Below, piece after piece: positions 1 through 7,217 of a DNA stretch of 20,888 bases; the first letter of the stretch is position 1, and every line of letters begins with the position of its first letter. The translations under genes were made by a program, and so were the position numbers. The stretch is from Candidatus Thorarchaeota archaeon (GTDB taxonomy: Archaea > Asgardarchaeota > Thorarchaeia > Thorarchaeales > Thorarchaeaceae). The notes beneath the pieces were generated by a model, which saw only the letters and a list, made by a program, of their open reading frames with translations, was not told where the DNA came from and did not search any database. The DNA lies in contig JBHLRS010000030.1 in NCBI GenBank assembly GCA_048882325.1, positions 16,642 through 37,529 on the forward strand. The letters run 5' to 3'.

Positions 1-194
1 CAGTCTGGCATCATACCCGTGGAAAGGCAAGGAAGTGGCCTGTTGTCAGAGGTGCTGCAATGAATGCCGCATCACACCCCCATGGTGGTGGGTCACACCA
101 ATCACCCGGTCGACCGACAACCGTCAGTAGACACGCTCCACCGGGTCGCAAGGTTGGTAACATAGCAGCCAGACGAACTGGTCGTAAGAAGTAG
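1..194 (+). CDS. rpl2: 50S ribosomal protein uL2, C-terminal fragment (5' truncated by window)
   Basis: Not in the ORF track. Frame 3 translates to [63 protein letters not shown], containing the uL2 signature RGxAMNxxxHPHGGG and the archaeal/eukaryotic PPGRKVGxIAARRTG tail. Stop TAG at 192-194. Confidence 0.97.
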   Translation, partial: VWHHTRGKARKWPVVRGAAMNAASHPHGGGSHQSPGRPTTVSRHAPPGRKVGNIAARRTGRKK

Positions 195-202
195 AATGTG
201 AC

Positions 203-238
203 GAGAGGTTTTTTCCTCTCTCCTTTCTTTTTGTTTTC
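203..238 (+). terminator. Putative terminator of rpl2
   Basis: Hairpin GAGAGG-TTTTTT-CCTCTC (203-220) followed by the pyrimidine/T tract TCCTTTCTTTTTGTTTTC, just after the rpl2 stop. Confidence 0.6.
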
Positions 239-260
239 ATGAATACTACACAGGTATGTG

Positions 261-287
261 AGTATTACAAGGAGCCATATCCCCCTA
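261..287 (+). repeat. Imperfect direct repeat, copy 1 (left flank of accessory block)
   Basis: AGTATTACAAGGAGCCATATCCCCCTA matches 5036-5062 (AGTATTACATACAACCATATCTCTCTA) at 21/27 positions without gaps. Confidence 0.55.
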
Positions 288-312
288 GTTCCTCAGCACA
301 ATCCATTTACTT

Positions 313-843
313 TCAAAAGTCATCAATACTTGTTTGGATTGACATTTCTGGAATTCTCTCCTCAAACCTTCTAATGACTTCTTTTGTTAAGAGATATTTT
401 ACGTAGCCATCTTCTATGATTTGATTCTGAGCATATTCAAATTCTCGACAACTAGCAATAACCTCATGGATTGACAGGTATGTCCTCAATCTTTTCCGCG
501 ATGGTTTTTCAGACTGCTTTCCATACATCTCATAGAATTGATTGATGTCAAGGTTTCGGCAGACAAAGCAGCTACAATTCAAGTCTTCTCCAACCATATC
601 GTTGTGTTGGTTTCTAGTTAGGAAACCAAGTGTAGTTGTATCAAATCTGGTTTCAGGTTTTGATTCTGAGGGCCCACTTCTTATTTGTGTAATTCTAGGT
701 TCGGTGAAATCTGGATCACTACCTTCAGGCACTATATCAAGTCGTAATTGCTCTGTTTCCTTCTTACGAGGACCCGAGGGATACTTGTAGCTCGAAATGC
801 TATCGAAAGTGAATAATGGCATTAGATGCAAAGATGCAACCAT
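313..843 (-). CDS. tRNA-guanine transglycosylase (TGT)-fold protein, C-terminal half (Zn-binding motif, PIP-box-like tail)
   Basis: CSCFVC...IH resembles the TGT CxCxxC-Xn-H zinc site, and FTFDSIS resembles the last barrel strand (GxDxFD). The protein ends QTSIDDF. The frame is open upstream of the ATG through the A7 run at 858-864. Confidence 0.55.
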   Translation of the reverse strand: MVASLHLMPLFTFDSISSYKYPSGPRKKETEQLRLDIVPEGSDPDFTEPRITQIRSGPSESKPETRFDTTTLGFLTRNQHNDMVGEDLNCSCFVCRNLDINQFYEMYGKQSEKPSRKRLRTYLSIHEVIASCREFEYAQNQIIEDGYVKYLLTKEVIRRFEERIPEMSIQTSIDDF

Positions 844-1364
844 AGAATTAGCTCTACTTTTTTTGGAGCTCCAGTAAGATGAATCCAGATATCTGATTTA
901 GAAAGAGTACGTGTCACCTGCATAGCACTTGGGATTTTTCCAGCCCTATACCGAATGGCAATAACATCATACCCGCTATCTTTTAGGTGCAACAAACGTT
1001 GTTCCATTGAAAGTGGTTCAGTGCCAAGGTCCAAATGTGGCACAATCCGAGTGCTATCTAAACCCAATTGATCAAGCATATTTCTTGAAACATTTAAGGC
1101 ATCCAACAATCGACTACCACTTTTTTCCTCATAGCTTGGATCAGGTACAGATATCATATCAGTAGCGCTGGATTTCACCTGCATCAAAGCAACCATTTCT
1201 AGTAAATGGGGGTCTATAGCTTCTTGTTGCCCCCTAATTTGGATGTTACAAAATCTCATACGATGTGGACCATTCTTGCAATGTTGTCTTATTCTTGATG
1301 ACTGATAGTTAAAAAAACGATTATCTGTTGAGAGACGTTTGATATCATCTGTTTTAAAATCCAT
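822..1364 (-). CDS. TGT-fold (TIM-barrel) protein, N-terminal half; joins 313..843 by a -1 frameshift
   Basis: Strand motifs DMISVPD, IVPHLD, GYDVIAI and WIHLTG occur in the order expected for TGT-family barrels. The ORF ends shortly after HLTG, where a TGT would continue into the 313..843 sequence. Confidence 0.5.
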   Translation of the reverse strand: MDFKTDDIKRLSTDNRFFNYQSSRIRQHCKNGPHRMRFCNIQIRGQQEAIDPHLLEMVALMQVKSSATDMISVPDPSYEEKSGSRLLDALNVSRNMLDQLGLDSTRIVPHLDLGTEPLSMEQRLLHLKDSGYDVIAIRYRAGKIPSAMQVTRTLSKSDIWIHLTGAPKKVELILWLHLCI

Positions 1365-1371
1365 TACTGCT

Positions 1372-3135
1372 TCAAGACATTAGCCAAACATCGACATCAT
1401 ATACTCCGCCATAACCGTTCCCGACACTGACACGTATTCTATAGTATCCTTGATCGTCAGTCCAGTCATAGGATTCTGTCGAACCAGCTCCATAGTCATC
1501 AACTGTCGCAATTAGCTGACTGTAAGCATCATATATCTTGAAGGCAACATCGAAATCGGAACGTCCAGGCGCGACAGAGATTATCATATACCTATCATCG
1601 CCATAGGAATAGTATCTTAGCCAATCGGCGTCATCAGCCCAACAAGGCTCATCATCAAATTCGAAGTGAATATCTTCACCTGATGCCCCTTCACCTAGAA
1701 AGTAGTTGTAAGCAACATCTTCATTCACTAATGATATAGACCTATTTCCCCACAATGATGCTAATGCACCTCCAAGACTGGAATTTGAATAGTATGACCC
1801 AGCGTAGGCTTGACAAGAAGCGAAAGTCTTTCCACACATTGCTGCGGCCCAGAAGTATTTTGAATAATTGGCAGCTTGTATTGTATATGGACTGCCCTGA
1901 TATCCAAAGAATGCTTTTGCACCAGCATCCAGAGCTGCAGAAGAAAGATATCGGTCAATCATTGAGGGAGCAGAGGTTGTCCAACCACCGCCACAGGAAG
2001 ATGTGTAGACGATTATTGCCTGAGACATATTCGAAGGCACATCTGTAGTTTCTGTGTCGGAATCATATCCGAAATCTTCGTTGTTCTTACATGTGATCCA
2101 GCTTCCTACCCCAGAACTACCGTGACCATGTCCTGTAAAGAACGCAATTTCAGCAGTATCCCAGTCATTCACGAGGTCAGCAACCCAAACTGTAGTGTCC
2201 GAAGTAGCAGAGTAATTATTACTCTGTAGCGCATTACTAACAACGGTGCGCTCCTCTGTGTGAGCAGGATCAAGATTGTCTTCGCTATCCCTTCCTTGGG
2301 CTAGTTTTGCTATTCCATTATAGTTCGTTTTCTCATGGTGAAGTATCTCTCCAGAGTGGATAGAAACAAAATCTCGACCTATGACAGTTCCGTCCCCAAT
2401 AATGTCAAACATCCAGATTGGTTCGTGAAGGCTTGGTTCGTCTAATTTGGGAAATAGAAATGCACCTTGATAGTGCGTTCGTACCGTGATGTCTTGATGC
2501 TGGTGAGGTCGGGGTTCAGCTTGAGACAGGAGCATGTCATCAAAACTTGTTACATGAACCTCAGACCATTTCAATCCAAATGACCTAATTATGCCTGACT
2601 GAGGATCAACTCGAATACGAATGAACTCATCCCATACAGGAATTCCTTTGATACTATGAAGCCATTGGAAAGTCCAATCAGATTCTGATGTCATTAGTCC
2701 TTGAAACTCAGATTCTAGAGGTAGATCGAATATTCCTTCATCCCCTAGTCTTCCAACGAAATCCATGACAACCCTTTCCGCCTCAACTTTAGTCAAATCT
2801 ACCTGAAGCTTGGGTAATTTCGTACGTGTGTCCACAATATGTACTAGTTCCAGAGTGTCTGGCTCAAATTCCACTCGAATCATGTCCGAACCATCGCTAG
2901 TCCAAGCAACAACCCATTGAAGCTTCCCCGTACCAGGATCTGAAACAATGCTACAAGTTTCTAGAAACAGTCCAGAAGTATCTCCGATTATCTTGGATGC
3001 TGCAGAATATACTTGGGAGTTCTCATTTTCCGCTGTTGAACTTGGTCGTGGTAATGTAATGAACAACAAACACAGACTAAGCATGATCCCTAGAGCTAAC
3101 AGTTTTCTCTTACGTGACCTATGATCCCTATGCAT
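1372..3135 (-). CDS. Secreted putative clan CD (caspase/gingipain/CHAT-like) cysteine peptidase with PepSY/YcdB-like prodomain and C-terminal PPC domain
   Basis: Basic N-terminus plus hydrophobic signal/anchor. IAFFTGHG (His codon 2128-2130) and IVYTSSCGG (Cys codon 1993-1995) lie 45 aa apart, each after a hydrophobic strand, followed by GAKAFFGY. The C-terminal DADWLRYY...SDFDVAFKIYD...GYYRIRV...YDVDV pattern is PPC-like. Confidence 0.7.
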   Translation of the reverse strand: MHRDHRSRKRKLLALGIMLSLCLLFITLPRPSSTAENENSQVYSAASKIIGDTSGLFLETCSIVSDPGTGKLQWVVAWTSDGSDMIRVEFEPDTLELVHIVDTRTKLPKLQVDLTKVEAERVVMDFVGRLGDEGIFDLPLESEFQGLMTSESDWTFQWLHSIKGIPVWDEFIRIRVDPQSGIIRSFGLKWSEVHVTSFDDMLLSQAEPRPHQHQDITVRTHYQGAFLFPKLDEPSLHEPIWMFDIIGDGTVIGRDFVSIHSGEILHHEKTNYNGIAKLAQGRDSEDNLDPAHTEERTVVSNALQSNNYSATSDTTVWVADLVNDWDTAEIAFFTGHGHGSSGVGSWITCKNNEDFGYDSDTETTDVPSNMSQAIIVYTSSCGGGWTTSAPSMIDRYLSSAALDAGAKAFFGYQGSPYTIQAANYSKYFWAAAMCGKTFASCQAYAGSYYSNSSLGGALASLWGNRSISLVNEDVAYNYFLGEGASGEDIHFEFDDEPCWADDADWLRYYSYGDDRYMIISVAPGRSDFDVAFKIYDAYSQLIATVDDYGAGSTESYDWTDDQGYYRIRVSVGNGYGGVYDVDVWLMS

Positions 3136-3207
3136 TCATACGAACCCTCCACGATTCTATTCAAAACCTATCCTATACTAATAAAAAAACATTCGGCTAT
3201 CTAAATA

Positions 3208-3654
3208 TCATGGGCTTGACCGAATGAGTGTCATTAATTCAAAGAGGGAAGTCACGACTCCAAATAGAAGAATACTGAGAAAAAGAAATGCAACATCATT
3301 CGTCACTCTGTTGAGAATAATTACTGTATATGTCAATAGTATGAGGTAGAATGAAGAGTATAAAGCAAAACGAGGAACTAAACTATTTCTGAACTTGAAG
3401 TAGAATCTCGTTATTCCAACACGAACTGTTTTTGTCACAACATAATCTCCATGTGCAAGTTTGTCAACAAGTCCTAGATCCATTAGCTTTCGAAGATGAT
3501 ATTCAGCAAGACTTGGAGCTGACAGACCTGTTCCTTTCTGAACAACTTTTCTGTCAACTGGTTTTCTTTCTTTAAGTAGAAACCAATAGACCTTGAGAGT
3601 TCGGCCGGTGAGCTGGAACTCCATATCCTGTTCATCTTCAGTAATAGACCCCAT
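3208..3654 (-). CDS. Membrane-anchored winged-helix transcriptional regulator
   Basis: N-terminal wHTH (TLKVYWFLL...GLSAPSLAEYHLRKLMDLGLVDK...GDYVV) followed by two C-terminal hydrophobic helices. Confidence 0.8.
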   Translation of the reverse strand: MGSITEDEQDMEFQLTGRTLKVYWFLLKERKPVDRKVVQKGTGLSAPSLAEYHLRKLMDLGLVDKLAHGDYVVTKTVRVGITRFYFKFRNSLVPRFALYSSFYLILLTYTVIILNRVTNDVAFLFLSILLFGVVTSLFELMTLIRSSP

Positions 3655-3685
3655 TCAACCACGCTTCCAGTTGTTCCAGAGTCTC

Positions 3686-4834
3686 TTATCCTTGATAGAT
3701 TCTCCGTTTTTGAGCATAACCTGCAATAATTGCTACCATTACAGAAGAAACTAAGGCAACTGGAATGATTGAGACTGGTAGTGGCTGACGTTCTCTGGTT
3801 TCAACAGGGATATCAACTGGTCCATTTGTCTGTCTTTCTTCTAAGAACTCACCGGAAACAGCATCCACGAATAACCACCATAGCTTGTTTGAAACATTGG
3901 ATGCGATTGTCCATGTGAGATGTAGTTGTGGTGAACCATCTTGAGATGTAAGAGAGTGTATCTCAATGAGTGAGAGTCGACTAGCAACTATTGCTAAATC
4001 CACGGCCGAACTGTTTCGTAGTGCTATAGTTTCTGCATAATCCTTGGACTTTACATCAAAAACAGGTATTTCACCTATCTTTGTCCAGCGATACCCAAAT
4101 TGAGTGACGATTCCAGTTGAGTTAGAAACACGTACAGTGATTCCTTCCGATGTGTATGCTGGATGTATATCCTCATTGAGAAATTGATTGCCCACCTTGA
4201 AGGATCCTTCGTAGTGATGGAACTCGACATAAAAGCCGTCAAGATCTGATGGATACTGATTAACACCCATAAATCGAGCAGTTGTAGGAATTGAATAGTT
4301 GTTCAGTCTGAGGAACTGATATGCAAGCATCTCGACATCCTCAGTAGAATTCACCAAAACCCTGTTCGATTTCGAGCTTGAATGAGATGAAAGATTCCAT
4401 CCTATGATTTCGCCAGTAATTGCATTGACTCGGATTTGAGTATGCACATTCGGACCTTCCACAATGAATGCCCATGTAGGTTGAGTGTCCACAAGATCGG
4501 CCCAGACTGTTACATCTTCCAATGAACTTTCATTCAGATTCAATCTAAGAAATGCGAATACCGCTGTCTGCGCTTGTACCCGAGTGAGTAGAGGTTGGTT
4601 CCAAAGATTGGAATCAATGTAGTATGACGGTGTTGATACTGTCATCTCGCTCATATCGAATAGAGGATATGTTCCTGATTCTTGTAGGTTCGAAAAAATT
4701 GTATTATCTATAGTAACACCCTCAGGCGCGTCGAAGACAATAACGTAATCAGCAAGACCAAGAATGGTTGTACTAAGTAGAACGCCTATTACTATGCCGA
4801 GAATAGATTTCCTTCGCAAAGACCAATCTGGCAT
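3686..4834 (-). CDS. Extracytoplasmic PepSY/YcdB-YcdC-like repeat protein with N- and C-terminal membrane segments
   Basis: N-terminal signal/TM and a C-terminal TM with basic tail. Repeated PepSY-like motifs (PTWAF..IRVNAITGEII; ITVRVSNSTGIVTQF; LFVDAVSGEFL). Several N-x-S/T sequons. Confidence 0.65.
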   Translation of the reverse strand: MPDWSLRRKSILGIVIGVLLSTTILGLADYVIVFDAPEGVTIDNTIFSNLQESGTYPLFDMSEMTVSTPSYYIDSNLWNQPLLTRVQAQTAVFAFLRLNLNESSLEDVTVWADLVDTQPTWAFIVEGPNVHTQIRVNAITGEIIGWNLSSHSSSKSNRVLVNSTEDVEMLAYQFLRLNNYSIPTTARFMGVNQYPSDLDGFYVEFHHYEGSFKVGNQFLNEDIHPAYTSEGITVRVSNSTGIVTQFGYRWTKIGEIPVFDVKSKDYAETIALRNSSAVDLAIVASRLSLIEIHSLTSQDGSPQLHLTWTIASNVSNKLWWLFVDAVSGEFLEERQTNGPVDIPVETRERQPLPVSIIPVALVSSVMVAIIAGYAQKRRIYQG

Positions 4835-5035
4835 GTCGAAACTCCCAGAAATACTGTGGTATTATTCCTTTAATAGACTAACTTTTTCAACAATGCTACA
4901 AGCTCAACATATTCATACATCTTCATTCATCCAATATTCTATATAATTTCTAAGCCAATTAGAACTCCGACAACAATCATACTTGTTTCTGTGAAGCGGA
5001 CTCGAATGCAATCCTATCTACTCGTATAGGCTCTC

Positions 5036-5062
5036 AGTATTACATACAACCATATCTCTCTA
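5036..5062 (+). repeat. Imperfect direct repeat, copy 2 (in cdrS-ftsZ upstream region)
   Basis: 21/27 identity to 261-287; ends 31 nt before the cdrS ATG. Confidence 0.55.
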
Positions 5063-5093
5063 TGACGCCTGTGCTATAGAGGAAGAACTAGAC

Positions 5094-5279
5094 ATGCGTC
5101 TCATAGCTGTGCATTTGCCTGAGAAGATTGTTGAAGACATTCAACGCCTTGTAGACAAAGGTCTCTATCCTAACAGGTCTGAAGCAATTCGGAACGCTAT
5201 TCGTGATTTGTTGAAACGAGAGTTATGGGATGGTACCATGAACACAGGTGGTAGATTGAGTGAGGTAGTGGGACAATGA
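5094..5279 (+). CDS. cdrS: Ribbon-helix-helix regulator CdrS (CopG/MetJ family)
   Basis: MRLIAVHLP...LVDKGLYPNRSEAIRNAIRDLL is a typical RHH sequence. ATGA overlap with ftsZ matches the conserved archaeal cdrS-ftsZ2 arrangement. Confidence 0.88.
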   Translation: MRLIAVHLPEKIVEDIQRLVDKGLYPNRSEAIRNAIRDLLKRELWDGTMNTGGRLSEVVGQ

Positions 5280-6529
5280 AGTCGTTGATTGATTCTGCAC
5301 GTGAACATAGCCGAGGAGAACGATGTACGTCTACAGTCCGTGATATGGGCCAAGCCCGGATAGTGGTGGTGGGATGCGGCGGTGCAGGGAATAACACCGT
5401 GAAACGGCTCATGACTATTGGTATTCAGGGTGCAGAATGTATCGCAATTAACACAGATCGTCAACATCTGGCTGTCACAACAGCACACAGGAAACTCCTG
5501 ATTGGTGAACGAATCACCCGAGGACTGGGCGCTGGTGGATACCCTCATGTCGGACGGGCTGCTGCTGAGGAATCAACAGGACAATTGACCGAGCTCCTAC
5601 GTGATGCGGACCTTGTTTTCATCGCTGCAGGTATGGGTGGAGGAACTGGTACCGGAAGTGCGCCTGTAGTAGCTGAGATTGCAAAGAACAGTGATGCGAT
5701 TGTCGTCGGTGTCATTACAATGCCCTTCAGTCTTGAGAGAACCCGTATTGACAAAGCAAAGGCTGGCCTGGCTCGTCTACAGGAGAATGTTGACACAGCT
5801 GTAGTGATTGATAACCAGAAACTAATGGAGCTAGTTCCCGACCTACCCTTAGAGGAGGCCTTTGGAGTTGCAGATGAAGTCCTTGCAAATATGGTGAAGG
5901 GCATCACAGAAACCATAACCATGCCTAGCCTGATCAATCTAGACTACGCTGATGTTCGTTCAATAATCTGCAATGGTGGAGTTGCTCTGGTAGGGCTTGG
6001 AGAAGCAACGGGGAGCGATCGAGCCAATGAAGCAATCCGCAACGCTCTCAATAGTCCCCTCCTAGAGGTTGAATGGAGTGGAGCCACTGGGGCTCTGATA
6101 CATATCACTGGAGGTCCTGATATGAGTCTGGCTGAATCAAACAAGGTCGGTGAACTCGTATCCGAGAAGATGAGCTCTGATGCCAATGTCATCTGGGGTG
6201 CTCGTGTAGACCCTCGGCTCAGTGGAGTCCTCCGTGTGATGTTGATTCTTACTGGTGTCAAGAGTCCTCAACTACTAGCACGGTCCAAAGAAGAAGGCAC
6301 TCTATCCTCAACAACAAGACGTCTTGCTGAATATGGGATCATCAGTTCCCAGACTTCAATAGGGTCTCGAGAGGCTCGTGAACGAGCATTCGGAAAAATC
6401 CCTGAATCAACTGGTAGGTCTTGGGAAGACCGCCTCAAACCATTAGAACGCACTCTGTCACGAAAACCAAAGGAGAAAGAGGTAAAGAAGAGAGACCTTG
6501 AGGAGCTTGGACTTCGAAAACTTCTCTAG
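5276..6529 (+). CDS. ftsZ: Cell division GTPase FtsZ (FtsZ2-type by context)
   Basis: GCGGAGNN, AINTD, tubulin signature GMGGGTGTG, T7 loop INLDYAD, IWGAR; about 85-aa low-complexity C-terminal tail. Confidence 0.97.
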   Translation: MKSLIDSAREHSRGERCTSTVRDMGQARIVVVGCGGAGNNTVKRLMTIGIQGAECIAINTDRQHLAVTTAHRKLLIGERITRGLGAGGYPHVGRAAAEESTGQLTELLRDADLVFIAAGMGGGTGTGSAPVVAEIAKNSDAIVVGVITMPFSLERTRIDKAKAGLARLQENVDTAVVIDNQKLMELVPDLPLEEAFGVADEVLANMVKGITETITMPSLINLDYADVRSIICNGGVALVGLGEATGSDRANEAIRNALNSPLLEVEWSGATGALIHITGGPDMSLAESNKVGELVSEKMSSDANVIWGARVDPRLSGVLRVMLILTGVKSPQLLARSKEEGTLSSTTRRLAEYGIISSQTSIGSREARERAFGKIPESTGRSWEDRLKPLERTLSRKPKEKEVKKRDLEELGLRKLL

Positions 6530-6635
6530 TCCCGAACTGAATCAGACGCCTTATTCGCAGCAATAATGCTGACTTTGCCTAGTATTGACTCAGAGATGTA
6601 TTTTGGTCACATGCTCATTTGTTCATAGTGACTGT

Positions 6636-7067
6636 TTATGCTAGACCGTGTTCTTTCAACCAGTCATCTGCAATGACTGCGACTCGCTCATAGAGTGGGC
6701 CACTGCCCTCGATTCCGTCCTTTGAGATACGGATCTTATTCATGACGAGTATTATTCCTGTATCAGGATAGAACTGCACTCCGCCAGGCGGAAATGTCTT
6801 CTCTAGCTCCTTTGCAAGCCCTTCAAGACTAATCTCTCGCTCAGCAACTGAGAATGAAACAATACTATTACCGTAGAGAAATATCTTTGGAATATTTGTT
6901 TCACCATCAGCAACAACATCTGCGAGGACAATACTCAGGGTATTCTGATCAATCCCCTTCAGGGTGCCTGCATAGGTCTTGCCCGTGTTGATTACAACTT
7001 CTACTGTTGCGCCAACAACTGCTGCAAGCTCGCGGTTGAAGGCTCTCATTGCTGCGACATCTGACAT
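6636..7067 (-). CDS. Sm-like RNA-binding protein with C-terminal extension (SmAP3/Lsm type)
   Basis: Sm1 (VEVVINTGKTYAGTLKGID..LSIVLADV) and Sm2 (IFLYGNSIVSF) motifs plus a ~65-aa C-terminal domain; GGTGA SD upstream. Confidence 0.88.
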   Translation of the reverse strand: MSDVAAMRAFNRELAAVVGATVEVVINTGKTYAGTLKGIDQNTLSIVLADVVADGETNIPKIFLYGNSIVSFSVAEREISLEGLAKELEKTFPPGGVQFYPDTGIILVMNKIRISKDGIEGSGPLYERVAVIADDWLKEHGLA

Positions 7068-7217
7068 CTAGTTTCACCACTAATGTGATTGAAATCAGAG
7101 TGGAGGGCGCAGTCATGCCGTTTTAAAATTGATGCTAGCACGGTTTGCAGTCTCTCGGTGCTTAAATTGTACTAACATCACGTCATGACAGTTCATAACA
7201 GAGTAGAGGCCAGATAT

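Noticed and set aside
4764-4946. 60-aa + strand ORF at the island edge
   Set aside because: Overlaps the start of the 382-aa gene, runs into AT-rich promoter DNA and has no motif.
5165-6453. Antisense ORFs over cdrS/ftsZ, and similar ones over korB/C, MFS, mch, fwdC, ftr, pyrB and the deaminase
   Set aside because: They lie opposite or within well-supported genes and have no recognisable motifs.
6530-6635. Possible ncRNA/SECIS in the ftsZ-Lsm convergent gap
   Set aside because: Only a short GTCAC/GTGAC stem, no convincing C/D or SECIS motif, and no in-frame TGA selenoprotein candidate nearby.
7077-7103. Hairpin that could sequester the Lsm SD sequence
   Set aside because: The probable TATA (7121-7128) puts the TSS near 7098, so one arm is likely not transcribed; the stem is interrupted.
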